Under the pieces are notes generated by a model. The model saw only the letters and a program-made list of their open reading frames with translations, made no database searches and was not told the DNA's origin. 64,000 nucleotides of DNA. Source: Patescibacteria group bacterium (GTDB taxonomy: Bacteria; Patescibacteriota; Patescibacteriia; 2-02-FULL-49-11). A program made the translations under genes and the position numbers. The DNA is taken from assembly GCA_041645165.1 (NCBI GenBank), contig JBAZQN010000010.1, positions 102 through 64,101 on the forward strand. The letters run 5' to 3'. This document shows, piece by piece, positions 44,985 through 54,403 of this stretch (its first letter is position 1; every line of letters starts with the position of its first letter).

Positions 44985-47900
44985 TCAATCTTGTGTAACA
45001 AGATTGAGCAGTTTCCCTTTCACATACACCTTCCTCGCCACCTCTTTTCCTTTCAAATACTTCTGAATCTCGGGCAGTGCGTTTGCCGCCGCATATACCT
45101 CTTCTTCTCCCGCATCGCGGGACACTTCTGCCACTCCCCGCTTCTTCCCATCGATCTGTATGACCACCTGCACAGTCTCCTGTGTCATCAGCGCGAGATC
45201 AAAAGCCGGCCACGGCTCTTTGAAAATAGACCGTGCGTTGCCAAGCTGTTCCCATAACTCTTCCGTGATATGCGGCGCAAACGGCGCAAGAAGAATGAGG
45301 AGCGCCTTGTAGCCGGATAAAGTATCAGCGCGGTCTTCAAGGGCAGGTAATTCGTTCGTGTACGTCATGAGCTGTGCGATCGCAGTATTAAATTTAAACG
45401 CTTCAATATCTTCTGTAACTTTCTTAATCGTCTGATGCGCCAAACGCGCAAGCGCGTCGCTTTTAAACGCACTTACTACGCCCTTAAACGCCTGCGTATG
45501 AATGCGTGGTGAATGCGTATGAATGCGGGTCCCCAAGGACCATACGCGCTCCAAAAACCTCCTTATCCCTACGATGCTGCGCATGCTCCAAGGTTTTGCA
45601 TCTTCAAACGGGCCCATGAACATTTCATACAATCGCATAGTGTCTGCGCCGTAGATTTCGATGACTTCATCGGGATTGATGACATTGCCTCGCGATTTCG
45701 ACATCTTTTGCCCGTCCTCTCCCAAGATCAGCCCTTGATTTTTTAACGTAAGGAAAGGCTCGTCAAAATCAATAATCCCCAGCCAATGCAGCACCTTGGT
45801 AAAAAACCGCGCATACATCAGATGCATGACTGCATGCTCTGCCCCGCCGACATAGAGGTCTACCGGAAGCCACGCATGAATCTTCTCGCGGCTTGCAAAT
45901 TCTTTCGCATTGCGAGGATCCGTATAGCGGAAAAAATACCAGGAAGAGTCCACAAAAGTATCCATCGTATCGCACTCCCTCCGCACGTCTTCGCCATACG
46001 AACCGCACTTGGGGCATCTCACCTCATGGAATTTTTTTGACCGCTTAAGAGGCGACTCCCCCGTAGGCCGGAAATCAACATCATCAGGCAACCGCACCGG
46101 TAGATCTTTTTCCGGGACCGGCACCTCACCGCACTTCACACAATAGATAATGGGAATCGGCGCTCCCCAATAGCGCTGACGCGAGATGAGCCAATCACGC
46201 AGACGATAGGTAACCTGCTTCCTGCCAAACTTTTCTGCCATTTTTAAAAGAGCCTCTTCCGACGACAGTCCGGTAAACTCCCCCGACTCGACAAGCATCC
46301 CGTGTCCTATATAACATCCTACATCCATAACCTCCTTGAGTAATTCCGGAAATTCAAGGGTCCCCATATCTTTCATCGTGAAATGTCCCCGTCCTTTTAA
46401 TTCTCTCAGTTCAGCGTTTAATTCCTTCGCATACCACCGTGCACTTTCCTTGCGGTATTCTTCTTCATTGTCGGAAATAAAGATGATAATTTTTCTCACC
46501 TGATCCTTAATCTTTGGATTTATGTCAAAATCATATAACGGACCAAGACGCTGACGATTCTCGGTGATGGTTTTCCTACCAGGCGCCACCAAAAGGAGGG
46601 TATCAATTTTTGCATCCGTCTCTCCCAGCCACCGCACCGCAAATGCGCCGCCCGCGCTATGCCCTATCACTACTGAATTTTCATCTAAGGGAAGGTGTGC
46701 TACCTGCTTTTTCCATTCATCATATTGCGGCTCCCAAGCATTCGGCATGAGTGGATTAAATACCTTGAAACCTCGTTCTTCCAACTTCGGCGTTATCCAT
46801 CCCAACCAGTGATGGGTATTTTCTGGAATATAATCAGCTTTCCCGCGTGGATCAGATTTTGGAGATCCGTGTACCATAAGCACCTTTCTCTCTTTTGGCC
46901 GTATTACACACTTGATCGGCAAATTGAATTTTTTTGCAAACACATAATCCCGCTCGTCATGTGCCGGAACGGCCATAATTGCGCCCGTACCATAACCCAT
47001 GAGCACGTAATCAGCAATCCAAATTGGTATCTCTTCCTTAGTGGCGGGATTGATTGCGGTTATCCCTTGTAATTCAACACCAGTTTTTTCCTTCTGTAAC
47101 TGACCACGCTCCAGTTCAGTTTTGCTTTTAGCGCTCTGAATATATTGTTCAACAAATTTGAAATTTGAAATTTGAAATTTGAAATTTTCAATTATGGGGT
47201 GTTCCGGTGCGAGCACCATGTAAGTCGCCCCAAATAACGTATCCGGCCTCGTGGTGAATACTTCGATCCATAACTCCCCCTCTCCCCCTCTTACCTTAAG
47301 AGGGGGTTGGGGGGCGTTACTCACTATAGGAAATTTTATCAATGCTCCTTCACTTCTCCCAATCCAATTCTGCTGCATGAGTTTGATAGGTTCCGGCCAA
47401 TTAATCTTTTCAAGGCCTGAAAGCAGTCCTGCCGTGACTCGCTTGTTCCTTTTCGCGTCTTGTGTCCGATCCTCGATAAAATCAGTGATTTTGAAAAACC
47501 ACTGCGCAAGCTCTTTCTGCACTACCGTATGCTTGCAGCGTTCGCATTTCCCGTCCACCACTTGCTCGCGCGCGAGCACGGTTTGGCAGTGTGCACACCA
47601 ATTCACCGGGGCTAATCTCTTATAGGCCAAGCCGTGTTGGTAGAGCAAGAGGAAAAACCATTGCGTCCAGCGGTAATAATCAGGATCTGCGGTATTCACT
47701 TCCCGCGACCAATCATAGGAAAACCCCAGCGACTTGATCTGGCGCCGAAAATTTTCAATGCTCTTCGCAGTGGTCTCCGCGGGATGCACACCCACTTTGA
47801 TCGCGTAATTCTCCGCAGGAAGCCCGAACGCGTCCCATCCCATCGGATGAAGCGCCATAGAGCCCCGCATGCGCAAATAGCGGCTCACGATATCGGTGGC

Positions 47901-48104
47901 AGTATAGCCTTCGGGGTGCCCTACATGGAGCCCTTGCGAGGAAGGATAGGGAAACATGTCGAGCACATAGCGGCGATCTTCGCGCTTTCTCCCCTCATCA
48001 TCAGCGCGAAACGCGCCCTGCGCTTCCCAGCGCTCCTGCCATTTCTGCTCAATTTTTTTATGGTCGTAGGAGTGAGACATAACAGTACATAATCCAAAAA
48101 CCAA
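44985..48104 (-). CDS. leuS: Leucyl-tRNA synthetase with an in-frame ~200-aa alpha/beta-hydrolase domain insertion and two small repeat inserts
   Basis: HPEGY-type HIGH region and KMSKS. Insert ...VHGSPKSD...VVIGHSAGGAFAVRWL...LLLVAPG lies between the editing domain and YRLRDWLISRQRYWG. G/C-tract insert at 47275-47316. AAATTTC x4 at 47155-47185. Confidence 0.85.
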   Translation of the reverse strand: MVFGLCTVMSHSYDHKKIEQKWQERWEAQGAFRADDEGRKREDRRYVLDMFPYPSSQGLHVGHPEGYTATDIVSRYLRMRGSMALHPMGWDAFGLPAENYAIKVGVHPAETTAKSIENFRRQIKSLGFSYDWSREVNTADPDYYRWTQWFFLLLYQHGLAYKRLAPVNWCAHCQTVLAREQVVDGKCERCKHTVVQKELAQWFFKITDFIEDRTQDAKRNKRVTAGLLSGLEKINWPEPIKLMQQNWIGRSEGALIKFPIVSNAPQPPLKVRGGEGELWIEVFTTRPDTLFGATYMVLAPEHPIIENFKFQISNFKFVEQYIQSAKSKTELERGQLQKEKTGVELQGITAINPATKEEIPIWIADYVLMGYGTGAIMAVPAHDERDYVFAKKFNLPIKCVIRPKERKVLMVHGSPKSDPRGKADYIPENTHHWLGWITPKLEERGFKVFNPLMPNAWEPQYDEWKKQVAHLPLDENSVVIGHSAGGAFAVRWLGETDAKIDTLLLVAPGRKTITENRQRLGPLYDFDINPKIKDQVRKIIIFISDNEEEYRKESARWYAKELNAELRELKGRGHFTMKDMGTLEFPELLKEVMDVGCYIGHGMLVESGEFTGLSSEEALLKMAEKFGRKQVTYRLRDWLISRQRYWGAPIPIIYCVKCGEVPVPEKDLPVRLPDDVDFRPTGESPLKRSKKFHEVRCPKCGSYGEDVRRECDTMDTFVDSSWYFFRYTDPRNAKEFASREKIHAWLPVDLYVGGAEHAVMHLMYARFFTKVLHWLGIIDFDEPFLTLKNQGLILGEDGQKMSKSRGNVINPDEVIEIYGADTMRLYEMFMGPFEDAKPWSMRSIVGIRRFLERVWSLGTRIHTHSPRIHTQAFKGVVSAFKSDALARLAHQTIKKVTEDIEAFKFNTAIAQLMTYTNELPALEDRADTLSGYKALLILLAPFAPHITEELWEQLGNARSIFKEPWPAFDLALMTQETVQVVIQIDGKKRGVAEVSRDAGEEEVYAAANALPEIQKYLKGKEVARKVYVKGKLLNLVTQD

Positions 48105-48173
48105 AGATCAAAAATCAAAATTATGGAGTCCCGTAATTACGGGACGAAATTCCTTCATTTTGCATTTTGAGTT

Positions 48174-49571
48174 TTGCATTTTGAGTTACATGTTGATTGT
48201 ACCATTGACTCAATGAATTTCCAATGGTATACCCAAGTAATGATACGGTCACATAATACCATGCCCAAATTATTCCGCCATATTACCCTCGCCTTTCTAC
48301 GTTTCCTCGTCCGCCTACTCACTGGATTAGGCAAAGGCATCGCGCTTGCGGGAAGACGTCTCTATCGCTCGCTCTCCTCCTCGACGAAAATCGTGTCAGG
48401 CATAAAGGGTATCATGGTGCGCCTGTATGAAACCCTCCGTACACTCCGCGCAAACGCGCGCGTAATCCATCCTCAAGGAAAAATACGCATCCTCCTCACC
48501 CATCCCTACACCCTTAAGGTAATCATTGCGGGAATGATTCTTCTAGTTATCTTCACAAACATTAACTCGCGCTCCGTCGCTGCTGATGAACTGGGGCACA
48601 ACAGCCTCATCTACCGCTTGATCTCCATTGATGCCCGCATGATCGTGGTCGACGCGAGCCCTGCAGCGCTCCCTCAAGCAGGCAGAACATTCAGGGATAC
48701 CATTGAGAGAGAAAATTCCACGAATGAGGGGATCGCGGGCATGCCGTTAGCGCTCGATACGAGTATCGGCACAATAGTGCGCCCAAACCCCACTGAAACC
48801 TTGCGCGGAAGCCGCCCGCGCGACAGCATTATCACTTACACGGTACAGCAGAATGATACCATAAGCGGCATTGCCTACCGTTTCACGCTCTTCGCGCGTA
48901 CGATTCTTTGGGCGAATAATTTAAGCGGCACCTCCGTAATCCGTCCCGGCGACTCTCTGGTCATACCTCAAGTGGACGGCGTGATCCATACGGTAAGGCG
49001 CGGTGACACTCTCCAGGGGATTGCGACGAGATACCGCTCAACCATTGATAAAATTACCGCGCTCAATAATATCTCACAAGGAGCAAAACTTGAACCCGGC
49101 ACGCTCCTCACCGTTCCGGATGGCCGCCCCCCATCCGTAAGCGTCCCTGCGCAAACCCGAGTTGCCACGCGCACTGCACCAAGAAATGTGGGGAGCGCGC
49201 GTTCTCCTAGCGGTGGCCTTATCTGGCCCACCACTGGCCGCGCCATAACCCAATATTTCAGCTGGCGCCACGGAGGACTCGATATCGATGGCAACCTTAG
49301 TTCCCCGATCTACGCGGCGGAAAGCGGCACGGTAGAAATCGCGCAGGGAGGGTGGAATGGCGGATATGGCAACGTCATCGTCATAAGCCATAGTAAAAGC
49401 ACAAAGACAAGGTATGGCCACCTTTCCCGCCTCTATGTGCGTCCGGGAGAACAAGTGCAGCGAGGGCAGATCATCGGTATGATGGGGTCCACCGGCCGTT
49501 CTACAGGATCCCACCTCCATTTCGAAATCCTTATTAACGGCGCGCGCAAAAATCCGTTAAGCTACTTTTAA
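48174..49571 (+). CDS. LysM-domain M23 family metallopeptidase
   Basis: Two LysM motifs (YTVQQNDTISGIA, HTVRRGDTLQGIA). M23 HLHFEI. N-terminal TM helix. Start uncertain. Confidence 0.75.
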   Translation: MHFELHVDCTIDSMNFQWYTQVMIRSHNTMPKLFRHITLAFLRFLVRLLTGLGKGIALAGRRLYRSLSSSTKIVSGIKGIMVRLYETLRTLRANARVIHPQGKIRILLTHPYTLKVIIAGMILLVIFTNINSRSVAADELGHNSLIYRLISIDARMIVVDASPAALPQAGRTFRDTIERENSTNEGIAGMPLALDTSIGTIVRPNPTETLRGSRPRDSIITYTVQQNDTISGIAYRFTLFARTILWANNLSGTSVIRPGDSLVIPQVDGVIHTVRRGDTLQGIATRYRSTIDKITALNNISQGAKLEPGTLLTVPDGRPPSVSVPAQTRVATRTAPRNVGSARSPSGGLIWPTTGRAITQYFSWRHGGLDIDGNLSSPIYAAESGTVEIAQGGWNGGYGNVIVISHSKSTKTRYGHLSRLYVRPGEQVQRGQIIGMMGSTGRSTGSHLHFEILINGARKNPLSYF

Positions 49572-49935
49572 TTAAGGAGTTTGACCCCGTTAGAGGTCGC
49601 CCTGCCGAAGGCACGGCTTCAACCGCCTAAGGGGCGGCTTACCTCTCACGGTACGCGCTCACTGGGGGCATCGCCATCCTCGCGGTTTAAGCCCCCCTCT
49701 TGGTCTCCCCCCTGATAAGGGCGCTTAAAAAAATAACATTTCACTTGTCCCATAGGTTTGTCCTTATTTTGTTGACGTACGGCGTAGATGGCGGGATATG
49801 TTATTTTTTTACGGCGCCTAAGGGGGAGACCACACGCCTTGTCCTCCCCCTATGGCTTCGCCATATCTTGATGATATAAAGGGGGAGGTTTGGTGGGGGT
49901 GTTGATGGTCAGTGAGCGCTTACCTCCTTACGGGG

Positions 49936-49964
49936 TTGACTGTTCGGTTTTTGTTCGGTATACT
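49936..49964 (+). promoter_or_regulatory. Sigma70-like promoter upstream of lexA: TTGACT, 17 bp, TATACT
   Basis: Consensus-like hexamers with 17-bp spacing. The spacer contains TGTTCGG twice. Confidence 0.45.
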
Positions 49965-50146
49965 ATATTTAGTTTTCCACAGATAATACTACTTCTGTCT
50001 TTTCCTAATAACTCGCTCACAGTCACCATTCAGGCTCGAATGCAAAAATCAAAATCCAAAAGTCAAAATGAAAATGTAAAATCTTTAAATTTTGATCTAT
50101 CATTTTGCATTTTGAGATTTACATTTTACATTTACCCACATTTCCT

Positions 50147-50755
50147 ATGCTCACCAAACAACAAACCAAAGTTTTAGACATTATTAAAAATTGCATTAAG
50201 GACCACGGGTATGCTCCTTCCATCCGGGAAATCGCGGAAGAAATGGGTGTTTCCTCCCCTGCCACGGTAAACGAGCACCTCGAAGCGCTCGTGCAAAAGG
50301 GATTCTTGAAAAAAACGGACCGCGCCATCCGCAATATTGAACTCACGAAAAAGGTGTGGATGCTCAGCAAAAGCATTGAGCTGCCGCTCGTGGGGCTCAT
50401 TGCGGCAGGCGAGCCGATTGAAGCGATTGAACAAAGGGGAGAAACCGTCGCCGTACCCACCGAGCTTGCGGGCGACGAGAACTGCTACGTGCTGCGGGTG
50501 AAAGGCGATTCCATGATGGAAGACGGGATCTTAAATGGAGACTACGTGATTGTGGAACGCACCTTCTATCCTAAAAATGGCGACGTGGTGGTGGCGCTTC
50601 TGGATAATGAACACGCGACGCTCAAACGGTATTACCGGGAAAAAGACAGGATCCGGCTGCAGCCCGCAAATAAAAACTACAACCCTCTCTTCGTAAAGAA
50701 TCCCGCGATTCAGGGAATTGTTAAGGGATTGATAAGAAAATTTGCGGTAGCATAA
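50147..50755 (+). CDS. lexA: LexA repressor
   Basis: wHTH N-terminus. S24 peptidase C-terminus with cleavage-site region AAGEP, Ser (GDSM) and Lys (LKRY). Confidence 0.85.
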   Translation: MLTKQQTKVLDIIKNCIKDHGYAPSIREIAEEMGVSSPATVNEHLEALVQKGFLKKTDRAIRNIELTKKVWMLSKSIELPLVGLIAAGEPIEAIEQRGETVAVPTELAGDENCYVLRVKGDSMMEDGILNGDYVIVERTFYPKNGDVVVALLDNEHATLKRYYREKDRIRLQPANKNYNPLFVKNPAIQGIVKGLIRKFAVA

Positions 50756-50819
50756 TGCCGAATTTCAAAATCTCACCGCTCAGGCGGGAAACTTTGAGCT
50801 TTGTCATTTCAAAAGGAAT

Positions 50820-51068
50820 ATGTCCCTCACCTCGTACCACGACCCCATTTCGGTGCTTGCCTCCTTCCGCGGAGGCGAAGTGAAACCCGTGGCGTTCAAA
50901 TGGGGAGGGCGCGACTGGCACGTAAAACAGGTGAATCTCGTGAGCGCCTCGCGCGACGGCCGCGCCAAACTCATATATTTCTCCGTCTCAGACGAAGCAA
51001 ACGCGTTCAAACTCCAATTCAATAGCGAAACATTGGAGTGGGCGCTGGAGGAAGTGTGGCATGATTAA
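50820..51068 (+). CDS. Hypothetical small protein between lexA and dinB
   Basis: 82-aa ORF in the same orientation. No recognised motif. Confidence 0.35.
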   Translation: MSLTSYHDPISVLASFRGGEVKPVAFKWGGRDWHVKQVNLVSASRDGRAKLIYFSVSDEANAFKLQFNSETLEWALEEVWHD

Positions 51069-51145
51069 TTTTCAATTATCAATTTTCAATCAATGACCTA
51101 ATGAATCAATTTTCAAACTTTGAACATTGCGAAATTGAAAATTGT

Positions 51146-51205
51146 TTGAAAATTGTCCCCCTTCGGGAGATCCCCCGTAGGGGGAGAAATTGAGCATTGA
51201 AAATT
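51146..51205. repeat. Inverted copy of the ~60-bp intergenic repeat
   Basis: Reverse complement matches 53201-53260 and 7091-7150. Confidence 0.65.
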
Positions 51206-52620
51206 CACTCACTATGCTCCATCAACGAGTAGTGCTTCACATCGACATGAACAGCTACTTCGCCTCGGTGGAGCAGCAGGCAAACCCGTTCCTGCGCGGA
51301 AGAGCGGTGGCAGTCTGCGCCTATCTCTCTCCGAACGGATGCGTCATTGCATCGTCCCGGGAGGCAAAGGAAAAAGGGGTGAAAACCGGCCTGCGCGTGC
51401 GGGATGCGCGCTCGCTCTACCCTCCCACTATCTTTCTCCAAAACGATCCTATCAAATACCGCACGACGACCGAGGCCATTTTTGGCATCTTTGCAGAATA
51501 TTCTGACCGCATAGAGCCGTATTCCATTGATGAGGCGTTTATCGACCTCACGGGTTATGCCGCGGATCTTAAACACGGCGCCGAAATAGGCAGGGAAATC
51601 AACCGCAGAATCAAGGAGGAAGTGGGCGAGTGGCTGCGCTCCTCCGTAGGGATCGCGGAAACGCGCTTCATCGCGAAGCTCGCCTCGGACACGGGCCCCA
51701 AAGACAGCGTTACGGTCCTCCCCTCTTCCCAACTTGCTTCTTATCTCAAGACGATCTCTTTGCGGGACATTTGGGGCATCGCAGGAGGCCTGGAGCGCCG
51801 CCTTGCATCAATCGGCATCACAAGCCCTTTAAGATTCCGGCAAGTGCCCATGATGCACATCCTGTCATCCTTAGGGAAACCAGGCTATTATCTCTGGGCA
51901 TCGCTTAATGGAATTGAGCTCAACGGGGTAGCGAAGGAAGAAGAGCATACACAAAAGTCTATCGGGCACTCTTACTGCCTGCCTAAAAAAACAAACGATC
52001 CAAAAACACTTGCGGCGATCCTCATGAAACTCTGCGAGAAGACCGGCCGCCGCTTGCGCGCGGCGCGCGTTGAAGCATGGAATATTTCTGTGGGACGACG
52101 GTGCGAAAATCCTCTAGCCTTCCACCAGTATCCCTCTCCACGAGGACGTTCGATTGGAAAAAACCCTCCGCAGCTTGCCCGAGCACGACCCCTCGATGCA
52201 ATCGAGGGTCGGGCGAGCGAGGCGGAGCACGGTCGCGCGCAGGAGCGACCGATGCGTGTTTTTTCAACGAACGTCCGAGCTCCCTTATTTGATTCTTTCG
52301 ATATCTTCCGCGAAGCGTGGCGGCTTCTCAAAGCCGATACGATTTCGAGTCCCGTCTCCATGCTTGCCGTGTCCGTATCGCGCCTGATGCCCCCTTCTGC
52401 CCAGTTCAGCCTTTTCCCTTGCCGTCGCGGCGGCTCCCGCAGGGTGGCATGCGCGCTTGATGCCATCAACGACCGCTGGGGCGAATATACGGTGATGCGC
52501 GGCGCCATGTGGCATACACAAAAAAATGCTCCCGATAGAATTGGCTATCGGAAGAGCACTGAAATCCCAAAATGGAGGGAGACAATCCAGTCTATCCCTT
52601 TGGCGGAAGATGCAGAATAA
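51190..52620 (+). CDS. dinB: DNA polymerase IV (Y-family, DinB) with an unusual C-terminal extension
   Basis: VLHIDMNSYFASVEQ. SIDEAFIDLTG. The extra C-terminal ~120 aa contains a palindrome CGACCCCTCGATGCAATCGAGGGTCGG at 52190-52216. Confidence 0.8.
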   Translation: MSIENSLTMLHQRVVLHIDMNSYFASVEQQANPFLRGRAVAVCAYLSPNGCVIASSREAKEKGVKTGLRVRDARSLYPPTIFLQNDPIKYRTTTEAIFGIFAEYSDRIEPYSIDEAFIDLTGYAADLKHGAEIGREINRRIKEEVGEWLRSSVGIAETRFIAKLASDTGPKDSVTVLPSSQLASYLKTISLRDIWGIAGGLERRLASIGITSPLRFRQVPMMHILSSLGKPGYYLWASLNGIELNGVAKEEEHTQKSIGHSYCLPKKTNDPKTLAAILMKLCEKTGRRLRAARVEAWNISVGRRCENPLAFHQYPSPRGRSIGKNPPQLARARPLDAIEGRASEAEHGRAQERPMRVFSTNVRAPLFDSFDIFREAWRLLKADTISSPVSMLAVSVSRLMPPSAQFSLFPCRRGGSRRVACALDAINDRWGEYTVMRGAMWHTQKNAPDRIGYRKSTEIPKWRETIQSIPLAEDAE

Positions 52621-53161
52621 CCTCCGTGATCTTCTCAACTGTTTCATTAAGTTTCCCCTCCCGGTTCACCACGCGATAATCATAGTCATGCGCGGCCTTG
52701 AGCTCTTCCATCGCCTCATGCCAACGAACGTTCAGCTGCTCATCGGAGAATCCTTTTTCCACCATGCGACGCCGGATGCTCTCTAAGCTGTCAGGCTCAA
52801 TGAAAATACGCACTGCGTCCGCATACATATCCATCACTTGTTCAGCGCCTCTGACGTCAATTTTCAGCAGCACATTGCGCCCCCCGCGAAGCGCCGTTTC
52901 TACCGCTTGCCGCGGCGTGGCAAATTTCCTGTTGCGCACGGGCGCCCATTCTAAAAACTCGCCCCGAGCAACCCGCGCATCAAACTCTTTATTATCAACA
53001 AAATAGTGGTCTATGCCGTCTACTTCTTCGGGGCGCTGTTCGCGCGTCGTCACGGTAATAATCCGTGCAAGGTTCAGCGCAGGCCTTTTCAAGAGCTCCT
53101 TGACGACTGCGTCTTTGCCCACTTGCGAGGGTCCTGAAATGATGATAATGCGGCCGGGCAT
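52592..53161 (-). CDS. gmk: Guanylate kinase
   Basis: ISGPSQVGKDAV P-loop. TTREQRPEEVDGIDHYFV..EFLEWAPV. Confidence 0.75.
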   Translation of the reverse strand: MPGRIIIISGPSQVGKDAVVKELLKRPALNLARIITVTTREQRPEEVDGIDHYFVDNKEFDARVARGEFLEWAPVRNRKFATPRQAVETALRGGRNVLLKIDVRGAEQVMDMYADAVRIFIEPDSLESIRRRMVEKGFSDEQLNVRWHEAMEELKAAHDYDYRVVNREGKLNETVEKITEVILHLPPKG

Positions 53162-53200
53162 GACAGAAATTCTAATTTCTAAATCCTAAAAACTCTAAAA

Positions 53201-53260
53201 ATTTTCAATGCTCAATTTCTCCCCCTACGGGGGATCTCCCGAAGGGAGACAATTTTCAAT
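53201..53260. repeat. ~60-bp intergenic repeat copy
   Basis: Near-identical to 7091-7150. Followed at 53275-53350 by an AT-rich unit near-identical to 22545-22630. Confidence 0.7.
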
Positions 53261-53357
53261 CAATATCCCAATGTCATAATTTTCAAACGTTTGATAATTG
53301 TTTAATTGAAAATTAAATGAAAATTGAAGCTTGAAAATTGAAAATTATCAAAACAGC

Positions 53358-54371
53358 CTAGGATTTACTGCGCTGAAGAAGTGTATACACTTGCTGCAAC
53401 TCAACAGGTAAGGGCGCATGATAAGTCTTTACCTCTCCTTGCAGATCAGTAAATGTAAGAGATGATGCATGGAGAAATGGGCGATTGAGGGTTGTTTTTA
53501 TTTGCCTGCGCGCCTTTCCTCCATAAAGCGGATCCCCGATGATAGGATGCCCTATCGCGGCAAGGTGTACCCTGATCTGATGCGTACGACCTGTCTTAGG
53601 AAATACCTTAAGAAAGGTGAGACGGGGGAAGCGCCTCGCGACTTCAAACCTTGTCAACGCTTCTCTCGCGTTGTGAGAAATTTTCAACGTTTCTGCGTCA
53701 GTCTGTGACCTCCTCTTATGAGGAAGCGCTGTCATTGTACCACGCCTTCGCGGACTCGTGCTACGCGTGAGAGGGAGCGCAATTTCGCCATGGTCATTCA
53801 CAAAGGTCCCCGCAACCAGCGCGTGATATTCCTTTTCGATTTTGCGTTCGCGAAATGCGCGGGAAAAATAATCAAACGCCTGCGGCGTACGGGCAATGAT
53901 CATCACGCCGGATACCAGCTTGTCCAGACGGTGCACAATCCCCGGGCGAGATGGATCTCCCCCAATCTTGCGCAATTCAGGATACCGAGGAAGGAGTAAA
54001 TCAATAAGGGTTGCGCCATGAATCCCAGGCGCAGCATGGACCGCGATCCCTGCCGGCTTATCAACGATGAGATAGTCATCCGTTTCGGCAATAATGGAAA
54101 TTTTCACATCTGCGTTGATCCGCGATAAAACCAAACGTGACGATCCGCGTTGATCTGCGATCTGTTTCACCTCCTCAACCTTCTGCCCTTCCTTCAGCGC
54201 GTAATGCGGCGTCATTGACTTTCCCTCAACCACCCACCTCCCTGCCTTAATATCACGCTGTATGGCAACCCGCGACTGTTCTGGCAATTTCTCCACCAAA
54301 AATTTATCTAATCGCTTGCCTTTGTCTGCTGGTTCAACAATAAATTGGGAGGTCATACGCAATGAGAACAA
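53358..54371 (-). CDS. rluD: RluA/RluD-family 23S rRNA pseudouridine synthase with an S4 domain
   Basis: HRLDKLVSGVMIIART catalytic motif. N-terminal S4-like RLDKFLVEKL. Confidence 0.8.
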   Translation of the reverse strand: MFSLRMTSQFIVEPADKGKRLDKFLVEKLPEQSRVAIQRDIKAGRWVVEGKSMTPHYALKEGQKVEEVKQIADQRGSSRLVLSRINADVKISIIAETDDYLIVDKPAGIAVHAAPGIHGATLIDLLLPRYPELRKIGGDPSRPGIVHRLDKLVSGVMIIARTPQAFDYFSRAFRERKIEKEYHALVAGTFVNDHGEIALPLTRSTSPRRRGTMTALPHKRRSQTDAETLKISHNAREALTRFEVARRFPRLTFLKVFPKTGRTHQIRVHLAAIGHPIIGDPLYGGKARRQIKTTLNRPFLHASSLTFTDLQGEVKTYHAPLPVELQQVYTLLQRSKS

Positions 54372-54403
54372 TGTTGCTCTGTAATTTCTTATAAAAATTT
54401 TAT

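Noticed and set aside
7560-48104. Large in-frame insertions in recG and leuS as inteins
   Set aside because: No intein boundary residues are evident (N-terminal Cys/Ser, C-terminal His-Asn plus a Cys/Ser/Thr nucleophile). The inserts have GxxExxY and alpha/beta-hydrolase signatures instead.
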